Positions 51,501 through 64,000 of a DNA stretch of 64,000 nt are shown here, one piece after another; positions within the stretch are counted from its first letter, which is position 1, and each line of letters starts with the position of its first letter. The stretch covers positions 11,594,001 through 11,658,000 of the forward strand of contig CP158635.1 of the NCBI GenBank assembly GCA_050273025.1. Reading direction: 5' to 3'. The translations under genes and the position numbers were made by a program. Origin of the DNA: Cenococcum geophilum. Its lineage: Eukaryota. The notes below the pieces were generated by a model. It saw only the letters and a list, made by a program, of their open reading frames with translations. It was not told where the DNA came from and made no database searches.

Positions 51501-54500
51501 CAATTCCTTAACTTAGTAGAATAACTTTTACTATTCCTTTCCCTATACCTATAGCTTCTCTTTCTTCGTTAGTTGTATAAACGGTTTAATATCCTTTAAC
51601 TATTACGCTATAAACCTTCTACAGTAATTACAAACCCCTAAAAACAATCTTAACTATATAACGTTCTTTAGTTTTTGCTAATTTACTATAGCCTTAATCT
51701 TTTTTGGATCTATACTGAGTTAGCCTAGTTTAATAATAAATCTAATAAAATCGGTCTTTTTAGTAAAGAACTCGCATTTCTTAATTGCTACTAGCATCTA
51801 TTCTTCTTATAGTCTCTTTAAAACCTATTTAATATATTCCCCGTATTCTTTCTCTGTTATTAAGTAGATAATAATAATATTAAGATATATTATAATAAAT
51901 TTATCTAAATATTCTCTTAATACGTTATTAATACGCTTTTAAAACGTTACTAGTGCGTTTATAAGCCCGAATTGTATAACTAATGGTTTATATAGTCCTT
52001 CCTTTAACCTAAAGACTGCCTTCTATTTATCGCCTTCTTTAATTCTAATCTGGTAATATACCTATTTTAGATCTATCTTTATAAAGATTTGCGCGTTGCC
52101 TATCCTATCTTAGATTTTACTAATTAAGGGTAAAGGATACCTATCCTTTTTAGTAATGCTGTTTAACTGTCTATAGTCGATACACAGCCTTAGTTTACCA
52201 TTTTTCTTTAGTATAAATAGTACTGGATATCCTGCTAATAACTGCGATAGTCTAATATATCCTTTTTATAGATTTTCCTAAATAAACTCCTTTAATGCTC
52301 TACCTTCTTCTTTAGTAAGCTTATAGATTAAAAAGAATCTTAGACTTATTCCTGGTTCTAATTCTATTTTATAGTCCTATACTATATATTCTAACAGCTT
52401 TTTACTTTTTAGTAACTATAGTTTCTTGCCGTACTTGTGGTATCTCTTCGGTATATAACTTAGTCCTTTTTTTTATTTCTTTATAGGTTGCTCCTACTTA
52501 GTACTATACTAACTTAGCTTATTATCGCATCTTATGGCGTTAAGTATCCTTAATATTAACCTGACCTATAACCTAATTAATCTTTAGATTATATTCCTAT
52601 AACTAAGGTATCCCTAGTACTGCCTTATTATTTCCTAATGGTAATATATTAAAAGATATCTTAATTTATCTCCCTTTAATAGTTAACTAAATAGGTCCTA
52701 TTTTAAGATTAATAATACCTCCTCCGTAGGCTATCGGATCTCCTAAAATTGTTACTAATAGGTAAGAGTACTTCTTTTTCCTATGTGGTAATCCTATTCT
52801 TTTAACTACTATTAGCGAGATATAGTTCCTTATTGCTTTACTATCTATTAATACCTCAAACTGTTAATCTTACCACTTAACTTATAAATTTAGGTGTTAT
52901 TTTTAAATTCCTTTAAGGGTCTAAGGCTCTACTACTGGTTCCCTCTAGTCCCGTAGGCCTCTACTTTTCCTAACTATTAGCTGCTTAATCCTAGTTGTAC
53001 TTAGTCTACCTTTAGCCAATACTTAATTCGCTTTTTGTCTTTAATATACTATAGACACGTGTTCTTTAGGCATTTTTCTATAAGGAATCTTCCTAGCTAG
53101 AGTATTAAGTCCCCTTAGCTTTACACTTCTACTAGGTGCCAACTATGCATATACTTAGCGTTTTTATATTTCGCCTTATTCTACATCTAATATATTCTTC
53201 TTAGATACTTACAATACTTATCTTTAGGTGCTTTATATATGTTACACGCGTTATCCATATATACGATCTATACTAACGTATAATACGCTTAGTGTCTTAG
53301 GTTAACTCTTAGCTTATCTTTATTTTTAAGTTTAAACCTTTCTCGTATTAATCTGAGCGTTATGACTTTATTTATAGGTACTAAGATTTGCCTTTCGCTT
53401 CTTTAGTCCTCTAATTACTTTTTTAGATCTTTTAATATTATAATTAAGGCTCCTTTAATGTGAGTTATAGCCTTTTCTATAATTGGGTGGTCTTAGATAA
53501 CCTTTTTGTCTAGCTATATATAGAAATCTTCCTACTTATTATTGTGTCGCTGCCTATACCACTTTTAGTATAGCCCTTTAAGTATATACGGTGTGTCCGT
53601 AAGGAAGTATCTTCTTATTACTATATTATAGTAGCCCTTTATATATCGTTCCTTAAACCTAGTTAAAATCCCTAGATCCTCTTCTTATTCCAGTTTAGTA
53701 AGCTACTTAGCTCTTAGTGTGCCTATTCTAGGCCTATTAGTAATTCTTTATACTAGTGCTCTATTTCGTATATGTCCTAATATACTAGATCTCTTATCTA
53801 GTTTCTATTCTTGCTATAAGGTAATTCTTGCTCTAAATTCCTCTATGGTTTCTTTCCTTTCGCGTCTTATAAGTAGATCCTTAAAGTCTTTCTGCTTCTT
53901 AATCTTATCAGTAGTCCTTATTTGTGTCTTAAGGTCTTAATTCTATAGGATTTTTGATTTTAAGCTTGCTTCTAACTTAAGCTTAGCTCCTACCTTTATC
54001 TAACTAGGCTTAGGTATTCTTATCTTATCTTAAGAGTCTTAAATCTTACTTATCTTATCTTGAGAGTCTTATGCCTATAGGAAACTCTATCCTAAGCTTA
54101 TTTGTATATCCTTAAACTAAGCTGCTGCCCTACTCTATCGGTTTCTGTCTGTTGTGGGTCCTTAGGTATGCCTTATCTTGTCTTAAGAATCTTAGTCTTT
54201 TGGCCTTTTACCTTTATTAAGTGCCGAAGTGGTTTGCTGTCCTACTTCTCTTACGTCTTGCGAAGCGATAGATATCGTGTCTAGTAGGGTCTTAATCCCT
54301 ACTAATGTTCCCTATTCTGTAGTGGAATTATTCTTTACCTTTAGTATGATATTTCTAAGGTCTATATACTTCTAGTAAGCTGCCTTTATTACCTTATCGT
54401 TATATAATGTTTTGCCTGTATTAAATTTATTGTTCTTAGTATCCGATCTATAAACTAGTTTATTAGTTCCTCTATACTATATAGGGTTTAGCTCTTATAG

Positions 54501-56190
54501 CTAATAGCTTACGCTATACTTAGCGTCTTTATAAATTTAGTATGCGTTATTATAACAAAACGCAAAACTTCTAATTAAATATTCTTTTGTTCCTTATAGT
54601 ACGCTATTATCCCTCTATATATATATATCTTCTACTAGTCTAGTTCTTTTTATTATATAGTAACTCTAACTATCTTTATAATCCCTTATAAAGTAACCTT
54701 ATTTTCCATAATTTATATAAGCTCTATCTTTAAACTATTAGCTTTGCTATAGAGTCCGCCTAAACATCTTCTACTGCTAAGATCCCTAGTTTAGCCTCTG
54801 CTCCTTAGTCCTGTAATCACTAAATCCTTATCCTCTAAGTTTCTATAGTTTCTTACTCTATCTCTTATAGGTTTTTTTAGTACTGCTTAGGTCTATTAGC
54901 TCTGCGCTATACTATAGTTTCTAATTTAGCTTTAGTTATTACGTACTCTACGCCTTATATAACTATAGAACTTTATCCTAACCTCTCTTAGCCTATTCCC
55001 TTTAGTAGGTCCAATTATTAATCTTAATCGCTTAATCTATTAACTTCCTTAGGGTGTCCGTATCTTCGATTAAAATGATTACGTTCTAGACTTTAGCCTT
55101 AAGTCCCTATTTATACTATGCCATAAGCGCCTTATTATTCCACTTAACTTATATAGCTAGCGTTTAGAACTATATTATGTACTTAATTACTAAGGTTTGC
55201 TACGTAATATTTTAAAGTTTTTTTTTTACTGTGGTTGTTTCTTCCGGGTCTCTAAATATCTATATAAGTCGTTCCGTAAATCCTTCCTAACTTAAGAATA
55301 TAAACCGCACCTCTTAATTGGTGGTTGTTATTTTATTTGCCTATATTTCTATAAGGTAAGGCTTAAACTACTTAAGTGCTCTTCCTAATAGGAATAGTCC
55401 TGTATAGGCTATTTAATCTATAAGTATTAGTAGCTTTACCCCTTCCTATGTAACCTTAAAGTGTATTTATATAAGAAATCCCTTAAGCTTTAATCTCTTT
55501 CCTAAGTATCTTTTAATTAATGGTAGCTTAATTATTACTGCTCTAATCCCGTTAACCCTTTCTTCTAGCGCCGCATTATTTGTTATTAATTGGTTAACTA
55601 TCTCTTATAGTTGTCCGACCGTTATAGGTTGCTATAAGTTAGTATTTGCTATACTAGTGTCACCTCCTAACCTTAAAGTAGTTGCCGCTGATAGCGTCGT
55701 AGTGGCTGCTTTTAGTAGTATATTGTTTAACTTTTTATATTTAATACCGTAACTAGGTAGTGATTATATAACAGAACCTTATAGTAGGAACTACAATAGA
55801 CTTATTATTAGGCTAGGTATATAGGTAATGCAAATTAAAGTTAACAACGTAATAATAACTGGTAGAGTAGTTGCCTAATAGATTAACTCTAATTATATTC
55901 TGAGAATTACTATAAGGAAGGAACTATCTAGGTAGGGACTAAGGGTCCTTAAATACACAACTATACTCCTATAAAATCCTTCTTATACGTAATATACGTA
56001 TGCTTTATCTGCTCTGTTATGGATTATATAGATCCTATAGATTATATAGATTACCCTACGTAATCTTGGCTATTATTCCTTATTATATGGTTCTATTGGC
56101 TCCATTCTAAACTGTGTTTATATTAACTAACTAGCTTCTTCTAACTCCTCTCTAAGTAGTCGTAACATTGTACTTAAAGCGTCCGTAACA
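48566..56190 (-). mobile_element. Chromovirus family A copy 3 (LTR subtype b; integrase deletion ~50635)
   Basis: 424-bp LTRs at 48566-48989 and 55767-56190; TSD GGCAC; homologous to A1 and A2. Confidence 0.96.
49098..49802 (+). pseudogene. Antisense Zn-cluster/coiled-coil ORF of A3
   Basis: Homologue of 32166-32847 with a 21-nt in-frame insertion. Confidence 0.68.
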
Positions 56191-57788
56191 GGCACGTAGA
56201 GTAGTCCCTAATTAAGATGGTTTATTTACTAAAAAAGATATTTATTTAGGGCAAGAACGTTATCCTTAGTTAGTTTCTAGTATTAGGTAGTAATAAATAG
56301 ATTAAATAAAGCCTTAGGTTAATAGATAGAAGTAATATAAGCTCTACGAGCGTGTTGCTCTACATATCCTTACTTTAGAGAATTAACGTTAATAATATTA
56401 ATCTTCTTACCTTAACCCTTTCGGCGTAAAGTAATAGAATCCTTATTTAGGGAGAGGATGCATTTATTAAAAAGTAATAGTGTTATTAAATTAAGCTTTT
56501 CCTTTAGCTTTACTATAAGATTTACCTTTACTAGCTTATCTTCTTTAAGAGCTAAGAATTAGTTATCTCCTAAAATAATTATATTATTAGTTTATATACT
56601 AATAATTCTAAATAGAGTTTCTATAGTTATAATAAGAAAGTAGGGATTAAATATAGAAGTAGTTATAAAAGGCTTCTCTTTATAGTGCTTGCTATAAGTA
56701 GCCTACTAATAAGTTTCTACCTCTACGATTCTATATAATGGCTTAAGTATAACTATAATTGTATCTTTAGGGTATTAGTGGCGAATTTACTCTAAAAGGT
56801 ATGCTAATATTAAGTGCTAAAGGTGCGTCTCTAATTAGGTATAGGCCTAAGTAATATCTTATAAATAAACCGCTATTTTATTCTTTATTAAGGAGGGAGC
56901 TAGCGTAATAATAACTTGCTAACTAGCTTGTTAAATTATAGGAGATTATATAAGAATTATCTCTTTACCGTTATTGTTATAACCCTAGATAATAAGCATT
57001 AATTTCTTAAATAGGGCGTTAGTAACTTTACCTTTAATCTTGTTAACTATTCTTAACTTAAAGATACGAACTCTATTAAACTTAATATAATTATACTTCT
57101 TAAATTAAAAAACTCCTCTTATAATAAGACTATTAATCTCCTACTTATTAGATACTTAGAAAGGAGCCTTTAAAGTTATAACACAACCTTTTAAAGCTGT
57201 TTTGCGAGTTTAAAGTTAGCCTTCTCCTTAGCTGTTATAAAGGCTATTAATAACTTAACTCTATTTTTAATAGCGGCAATAAATTACTTTTTAAAATTAA
57301 TAAGATATTAGTAATTTTGTAATCCCCTTTAGGTAACCTTTACCGCGTTATAGTTACGGAACCTCTACTATAATTATATTAGAATTATAGTCGCCTTCTA
57401 GAGCACGTTAATTATAGTTCTCCTTTAGGGCATCCTATAAAGGCTTAGAACTATTATCTTTATAATAAGGCTTAATAACAGTTAAACAGAATTAAGTGGG
57501 TCTATAAGGCATCTAAATAGTATAAGTTTAACTATTAATTGCAATGAGTTAATATAGGCCTAACTACCCTCCTTTTTTACGCTATACGTATACCTTAAAC
57601 TAGAGTAGTAGATTAAGCGTAGTTAAGGTGTTTAGGCCATTTCTTATTCCTAGTGCGTTATTAACCTAGCGTATAGCGTAGAGATATTACACCTCCTTTA
57701 TTGCCTTACAAATAGCCTTAGCTTATTATATAATAGAGGGAGATAGTGGAGAATTATTAGTTATTTAAGGGTAGGCGCTAAAGACTAG

Positions 57789-59341
57789 TATAAGCTTTGC
57801 AGTGTGTGGGAATTAAATAAGCGACTTTATTGTAAATCTATAGAAATCAAGTGGTATAAATATATAAAAGTAGACCCCGAACTCTAAAGCCTATAACTTA
57901 TTTTAAACGTATCCGAGATATATAAGGGTAGTGCTGACGTAGGTGAAACAGGGTAATATGCAAGGTCCAGTAGTCGGTTATATACCCCCCCCAGATTTAA
58001 CAGTGTAGTTAAAGCTATAGAAAGAAAAATAAAGGCAGAAACTATACTCCCTAGCTTTATATCTCTAGACATAAAGCTATATTTAAAGAGATGTCCTCTA
58101 TAGCCTCTTAGGAGACTATATTTAAAAAGGTGTCCTCTTTAGCCTCTTAGGAGACTGTATTTAAAGAGGTATAGTAATTTAATCTGTAGTTGAGGTAGTC
58201 ATTTAAGCTGTAATTGAGGTAGATCTTTAATCTGTGTTTGAGGTAGTTAATTAATCTATAATCAATGTAGTCATTTAAGCTGTAATTAAGGTAGATCTTT
58301 AAAGCTGCTTAATTACATTGACGTGCTTATAGAAGCTGCTCAATTGCAATAATATACTTTAGAATTTTGAATAGAATTTTAACTAGTGCTAAATATAGCA
58401 GTATAACTGGCTAGTATTATAGAAGCTAGGGCTTTAAAATCAAAATTAATTATTCCTAGTTCTTCTTTTATGTTATTAGATTTAACTAATAGATATAATA
58501 CAAATTGTGCTTTTGTTCGTTGGCTATATATCCAAATAGTTAATGTCTAGGGTAGGTAACGGTCGTCTCTCAATTGAATGTCGTTTAGCGACTGCTCATC
58601 TAGTATCCAGCTAAGTGTAGTACTACTTAGATTATTCCATACCGTTTTAGTAATCGTCCATCTAGTATTAGCCTCGTGTTCTGGCCTATTCTACAAGCTT
58701 GTAGTACTATAGGAGTCGTCTATTATAACTAGTTATAGGAAGTCGTTCGCTATCGATTTAAAAGGGTCAAGAAGGGTCCAGTTAGCGTCTTAGCGAAAAC
58801 CTTATTTTGACGTTTTTTGATTCGTTAATTCGTTTGTCAGTCGCGTACGTACGGTCAGGGTCGTACAGTCGGTCGGTCGGGTTTGATTCAATCGATGTTC
58901 GATATAATCGATATTTAATATATTCGATATTCGATGTAATTGATATTTAAAGTGTTTAATATTTAATTGTTCGTCCATTTGGTAAATAAAGATAATTATA
59001 AGTATAAGAGAGGTACCTGGAAGAAGCTTAAAATACTTATAAAGGTAGAAGAAGAAGTGACTTCTTAAACAAGGTAGTAATTGATTGCTTAGTAAGCGCT
59101 AAATGTATAGATTAGATACAGTACGGTAGGCAGGCCGGGCTTATAACTATAAGCTTTGTAGTGTATAGGAATTAAATAAGCGACTTTATTATAAATTTAT
59201 GGAAATTAAGTGGTATAAATATATAAAAGTAGACCCCAAACTCTAAAGCCTATAACTTATTTTAAACGTATCCGAGATATATAAGGGTAGTGCTAACGTA
59301 GGTGAAATAGGGTAATATGCAAGGTCCGGTAGTCGGTTATA
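57789..59341 (-). mobile_element. Element F: TRIM-like non-coding LTR element (1553 bp) with a Copia-type PBS
   Basis: 194-bp LTRs at 57789-57982 and 59148-59341; TSD ACTAG; PPT GGGGGGGTA; minus-strand GTTATAAGCCC after the 5' LTR; interior made of short tandem repeats. Confidence 0.9.
58075..58310. repeat. Tandem repeats inside F (~39-bp units, then ~23-bp units)
   Basis: TATTTAAAGAGATGTCCTCTATAGCCTCTTAGGAGAC x2.5, then AATCTGTAGTTGAGGTAGTCATTT-like units x5-6. Confidence 0.8.
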
Positions 59342-59805
59342 ACTAGTAACGTGGGTATAAGTCTATTTAGGCTAGCGGAATTATTAACGGCTTTAATAGC
59401 TATTTATAAGGTAAGTTCTTTACTAGCGTCCTTTAGTTTTAAAGAAATAATCTTATATACGCGGCGTAATGGCGCGTAATATCACTCTACTTTTTTAACG
59501 CTATTATATGCCTTAATAGGGACTTCCTTAACCTTAATTGCTATTGCCTTTGTTTATTATCGGAACTCTATAAATAAGAAGTTCTTTTCTACATTATGGA
59601 CGATTTAATTAAGGGGTCCTAAGTAGATATTAATCTAGTATAATTAAAGGGTATTCTATACGTTCTTAATTAATATATCCTTTAAGAATTATACGGCTTA
59701 GAAGGAGGTTAAGAAGTTAATAACTTAGAGTACTAGCGTGCCGCTAAGATATATAACGTTAACAATAATATAGAAGTTAAAATTGTAGTTATTTTTAAGG
59801 GTAAA

Positions 59806-61432
59806 TATAACGGAACCTTATAGTAAGTACTACGATGGGCTCGTTAATGGGCTAGGTGTATAGGTAATACAAATTAAAGTTAACAACGTAATAATAACTA
59901 GTAGAGTGGTTGCCTAATAGATTAACTCTAATTATATTCTAAAAATTACTATAAGAAAGGAACTATCTAGGTAGGGACTAAAAGTCCTTAAATACACAAC
60001 TATGCTCCTATAAAATCCTTCTTGTATATAATATACATATGCTTTATTTACTCTATTATAGATCTTATAGATTATATAGATTATATAGATTATCCTATAT
60101 AACCTTAGTTACTATTCCTCGTTATATAGCTCTACTAGCTCTATCCCGGATTATGCTTTAATTAACTAACTAGCTTCTTTTAACTCTCTCCTAAGTAGTT
60201 ATAATATTATACTTAAAGTGTCCGTAATACTATCTCCCTCCTTTTTACCTTTATCCTTAAAGATCTTAAATATCTCTAAATTGTTTACTAGAGGTATAAT
60301 GTCCGTTTAATTAATTTAGTTAATATTATTGCTTATTATACCTAAAGTAATTTCTTCTTCTTCGGCTCTGCGTTGCACTTACACTATTACAGTAATATTA
60401 TCTCTTAGTAAGATTATACTATCTCCGTATTCTTATTATTTAAAAGAGGGGTTAGTTTATATTACGTTAGTAAACCTATCTTTATAATAACTATCCTTTT
60501 ACTTAAAGTATACTAAAGCGAATATTTGTTTATTCTATAACGTTTACTCTATCTTTAATGCTAAATATATATAACCTATTACTCTTAATAGTCGTCTAGT
60601 TCCTTAATTAATTTATCTTAGGGTTTTATATTTAATCTACTGCTACACAGCTAGATAATAAACTGTTAGTGGCGCTAACCAAACTTTATTATTTTTGAGA
60701 CGCTAAGTAAGAAGCTGCTAATGCCTAATAGTAGGCCCTTAAGGCTCGTCTGGCTGCGTTCGCTTAGTTAATTTATCTTAAGAAGGTTTATAAGAAGGTT
60801 TATTTTAAGGAGTAGAAACTTATAAAATAGGGTTTATAGGAACTTAGTAATAAAAGGATAGATTTTTTACCGCTAGGGAAGGAAACAAGTCTAAGTAGCT
60901 CGGTAGCTATTCCTCCTAAGTCCCCCTTAAGTAACTTATTTTTTTACAATCTATTTTTATTACTACTGCCTAACCTAATCTCTCCTAATACTCCTATACC
61001 TTTCCTATAGCGTTTTTTAGATTCTTTAGTAACTCCTAAATAGTCTTATTATAGCCTATTCACTTTACTTTATACTATATTTTATTATTAATGTCCTTAT
61101 AATTAATAATCTTTAAAACTTACTACTTATCTTCTTCTTATCCTTTATACGTATCTACCTTATAGACCAGTAGCTTAACATTCCCGTATACTAGTTTTAG
61201 CATTGCGATATACTATATAGGGTAAATTTTTATCTTAGCTAGTAGGTTTAACTTAAACGTAACTAGTAAAATTTTCTAGATAATTTTAAAAGGTCCTAGT
61301 CTAACATAGTCTAACTTCTTACTTAGTCGTTAACTCTTAAAATTTTTATATAGTAGCTATACTTTATCTCCCTCCTTAAGATCTAGTCCCTTAAATCTCT
61401 TAGCATTATAGTACCTTTTTATTCTTTCTTAT
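59806..61432 (-). mobile_element. Chromovirus family A copy 4, 3' end (subtype b), interrupted by D1
   Basis: 424-bp LTR 59806-60229, PPT, antisense ORF, chromodomain and integrase tail. Confidence 0.93.
60338..61043 (+). pseudogene. Antisense Zn-cluster/coiled-coil ORF of A4
   Basis: Homologue with acceptor TAG|GG TTT and the same 21-nt insertion as A3. Confidence 0.68.
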
Positions 61433-64000
61433 TGTCGGGAATAAGGCAAGTTGCCGTTATATACGGCAAACTGCCGTCACGTAATAGCAAGTTGCTATCA
61501 CGTGTCGCCGCGGCACTAGCGTGGCGAGGAGCCTTAAGTTCCTCGCCCTCCCTCATTCTAATAAATAAGCTTTATTAACCAACATCACTATAACCTACTC
61601 GAGTAGTCCTTATTGGTGAGCTACCCTATATAACCAACACTAATTAATGGTTGAATATATAGTTAACTACAGAGCAGCTAGGTTTTTAAACAGAAGAGAC
61701 AGTCTCGTATAGGGGTGCCATATACGCTTATATGGAATAGATCCCGGCGACACTATACTACCTTAGTGTCGACCTGAATCGGAGTTCCTTACCACCATCG
61801 TACTACTGTCTAACGACCTAGATCGTCTATACGAACTATATCTCATCGAATGTCCCATCAAACGTCCCATTACCTGTTTCCATTAACTATGACCTACTAA
61901 ATGACATCGTCGTCATTCTATTTACCACCTATCTGATATATATAGAGAGCTTCTAGAGCCCTCTTTAATAGACAGAGTCATCATCCTTATTCTACGTTCG
62001 ACACTTAGACTTGCGGAAAACTAGTAATAAAAGTGTTACTAAGTACTAGGAGATACCAAGTTGCGTCTATTATGCAGAATAACCGCGTTTACGAAGATTT
62101 GGTCAAGTACTTTAGGTTAGAAGTGTTACTAAACTTAAGGTCCTAAGTTAACGTCCGAAACGCGTCAAACGATATCCAAAATGCGTTAAATAACATCTCA
62201 AATTTCCTACCTCTTAACAGCAAACCTACGAGATCCTACAAAACCGAAAATCCTACCTACCTTCGACGTACAATACCCCGTCGATTTTATACCTACTATA
62301 GCGTTAACCTACCCAAAGAAGTACGAGGACGACATTAACCCAGAGATATAGAATAGAGACATTAACCCTGTAAACGCTAAGCAACAGAACCTAAACGGAT
62401 TCTTATTACACTGTATAGCGCACTATAAAGACAGCGAATATAACAGTACTATGCTATAGTACTATATAAGGGAGGACTTTGTTAAATAGATAAAGAAAAT
62501 ATAGGCTTATATAAAGAAGGATATTATATAAGACTTCCGTAACTTCTTACGGGAGTACGCAGTATTTATACCTATAGATGGGGGTACTATTAGAGATAAT
62601 ATTTAGGAGCAAGTCCTTAACACAGAAGAAGAACATAAATGGACTCCATAAGAGATGAAGATTAAGCACCAAATACACGCTATAAAGAATAACTCTTAAG
62701 GGAATCTTAATAACGGACAGCCACAAGCAACACTATAGTAATAGCCTCCGCAAGAACCTCCGCAGTAACTACCACAGATAACCTCGGGCTATTAAACACC
62801 TCAAGTTCCTCAGGCTGCCGCATCTCAACCCGTACCTTAAGCTGCCGTATCTCAACCCATACCTTAAGCTCTGTCCCGCCAGCAAGCTTAACAAAAATCT
62901 CCGCAAAAACCTCCGCAGTAATCTCCGCAGCAATCTCCGCAGTAATCTCCGTAATAAGCCTCTACTTCTCTATAAACATTTAATAAGCTTTAGAAGATTT
63001 AGCGTAGAGGGAAATTCCAAGACTCCTATAGTTCCTAAGGTAGCTATAGAGGTAGCTACCAGCGTGATCCAGATAGGAAGTTCTCGTGGAGGGTACCGTA
63101 AAGAGAGAGTGATATAGGGGGGGGAGCAGTTGGAACGGCACAGTCACGCAGGCAATCCATAAAAGAAAGAACTGCTAGTATCTACGGCAGCTACGAACTC
63201 GATAACTGTTGCAACTAATATACCTGCAAACTAACCCTATAACAAGACTCCGTGCCAATCTGCCTACGGAACCGACCCTGCGCTAGCACCGTACTGCTAT
63301 ATGCTATCAACAAACCGATAGCGCCGCTATGCCTGCTATTACGATACTAATCGCGCCGATATACCTGCGATCTACTAACCGAATAATCGTGCCGATATAC
63401 ATGCGATCTTAATTACCGTTATACCGACAAGAACGACCTAAACAGGACTAGCAGTACGGCCTGTTAACAAGACCTCGCGCCAATATACTTACAAGCCTAA
63501 ACCTGTCGCGGGCACCGTACTACTATTACAATAGACTACTGCCCTGCCTACAGTTAACTAACCCTTGCTACTTTATCAGCAGCTAACTAACCCTTACTGC
63601 TCTGCCTGCAGCCAACCGACTTCTACTACCTCTACCTACGATATTGTACAGACCCTGACTTTAACTAGCCAATTAGGATTTTCCATCCCTAGGATAGAAA
63701 ATTGCTATTAGCTCGCTTACCACTAGCGCCTTAGCGGCCTTCGTAAGATGTCTACCTACTACTACTTCTAAACGATTCTTTCTCCTTTCTCTTCTTTTCC
63801 TTAGTTTAGTATTTTCACTAAATAGTAATCTACAAGCTTTAGTTTGAAGGTATTTATATAAGCCGCTATAAGAGGCAAATTTTCAGATAGCGAGACTTAT
63901 ATTATAATAGCAATAGTAAGTAAGGAGGATTAATATTTGTCACGCTAGTTAAGCGGTATTTTATATGTAAATGGCAACTATAAAGAAGAGTTACCAGTGT
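61433..64000 (+). mobile_element. Element D1: pol-less GalEa-type Copia derivative; 3' LTR starts at 63998
   Basis: 5' LTR 61433-61639 shares U3 with the D2 LTR and is followed by near-palindromic CTAATTAAT; gag-like segment ~62300-62700 (L*YYIREDFVK*); 63660-63997 matches the D2 3' UTR; the window ends GTTACCAG|TGT. Confidence 0.85.

Larger units (their letters stand above)
47560..59805 (-). mobile_element. Ty1/Copia of the fungal GalEa type (D2): 3' LTR, RH, RT, IN; interrupted by A3, F and A4
   Basis: LTR 47560-47721; RNaseH (de-RIP TDSYSLYECLVKLGTT, NPAD) ~48000-48560; RT QTDD ~56590 with KPLYG and DITQAY; integrase YLGPPD, VERYHAPLRR and AVNDSAGPDGL at 59350-59780; order IN-RT-RH. Confidence 0.9.

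Noticed and set aside
58075..58310. Regular short repeats resembling a CRISPR array
   Set aside because: The units abut with no unique spacers, lie inside an LTR element, and there are no cas genes.

Overview
This window looks like AT-rich, repeat-filled DNA from a filamentous ascomycete. It carries a heavy RIP signature: TpA excess, and Gln/Trp/Arg/Cys codons turned into TAA/TAG/TAT by C>T and G>A transitions. I found no intact host gene. Almost every base belongs to nested transposons, and most boundaries are fixed by LTRs, TIRs and target-site duplications (TSDs). (i) A Tc1-like DD34E transposase is interrupted by chromovirus A1 (561-8590). (ii) A ~123-bp MITE has one TA site holding a 1.39-kb foldback element and a pogo/Tigger (CENP-B-like) transposon; the latter holds chromovirus B, which holds a full Tad-like LINE and a 100-bp LINE tail. 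(iii) Gypsy C (from 25260) holds a second LINE, chromovirus A2 (holding gag-only element E) and GalEa-type Copia D2; D2 holds A3, TRIM-like element F and A4, and A4 holds gag-only D1. The main finding is that all four family-A copies carry an antisense, intron-split ORF between pol and the 3' LTR, which de-RIPs to a Zn(II)2Cys6 cluster plus a coiled coil. A ~43-nt hairpin shared by unrelated Copia and Gypsy elements is also notable. All protein calls are manual translations with RIP changes reversed by eye; no database search was run.
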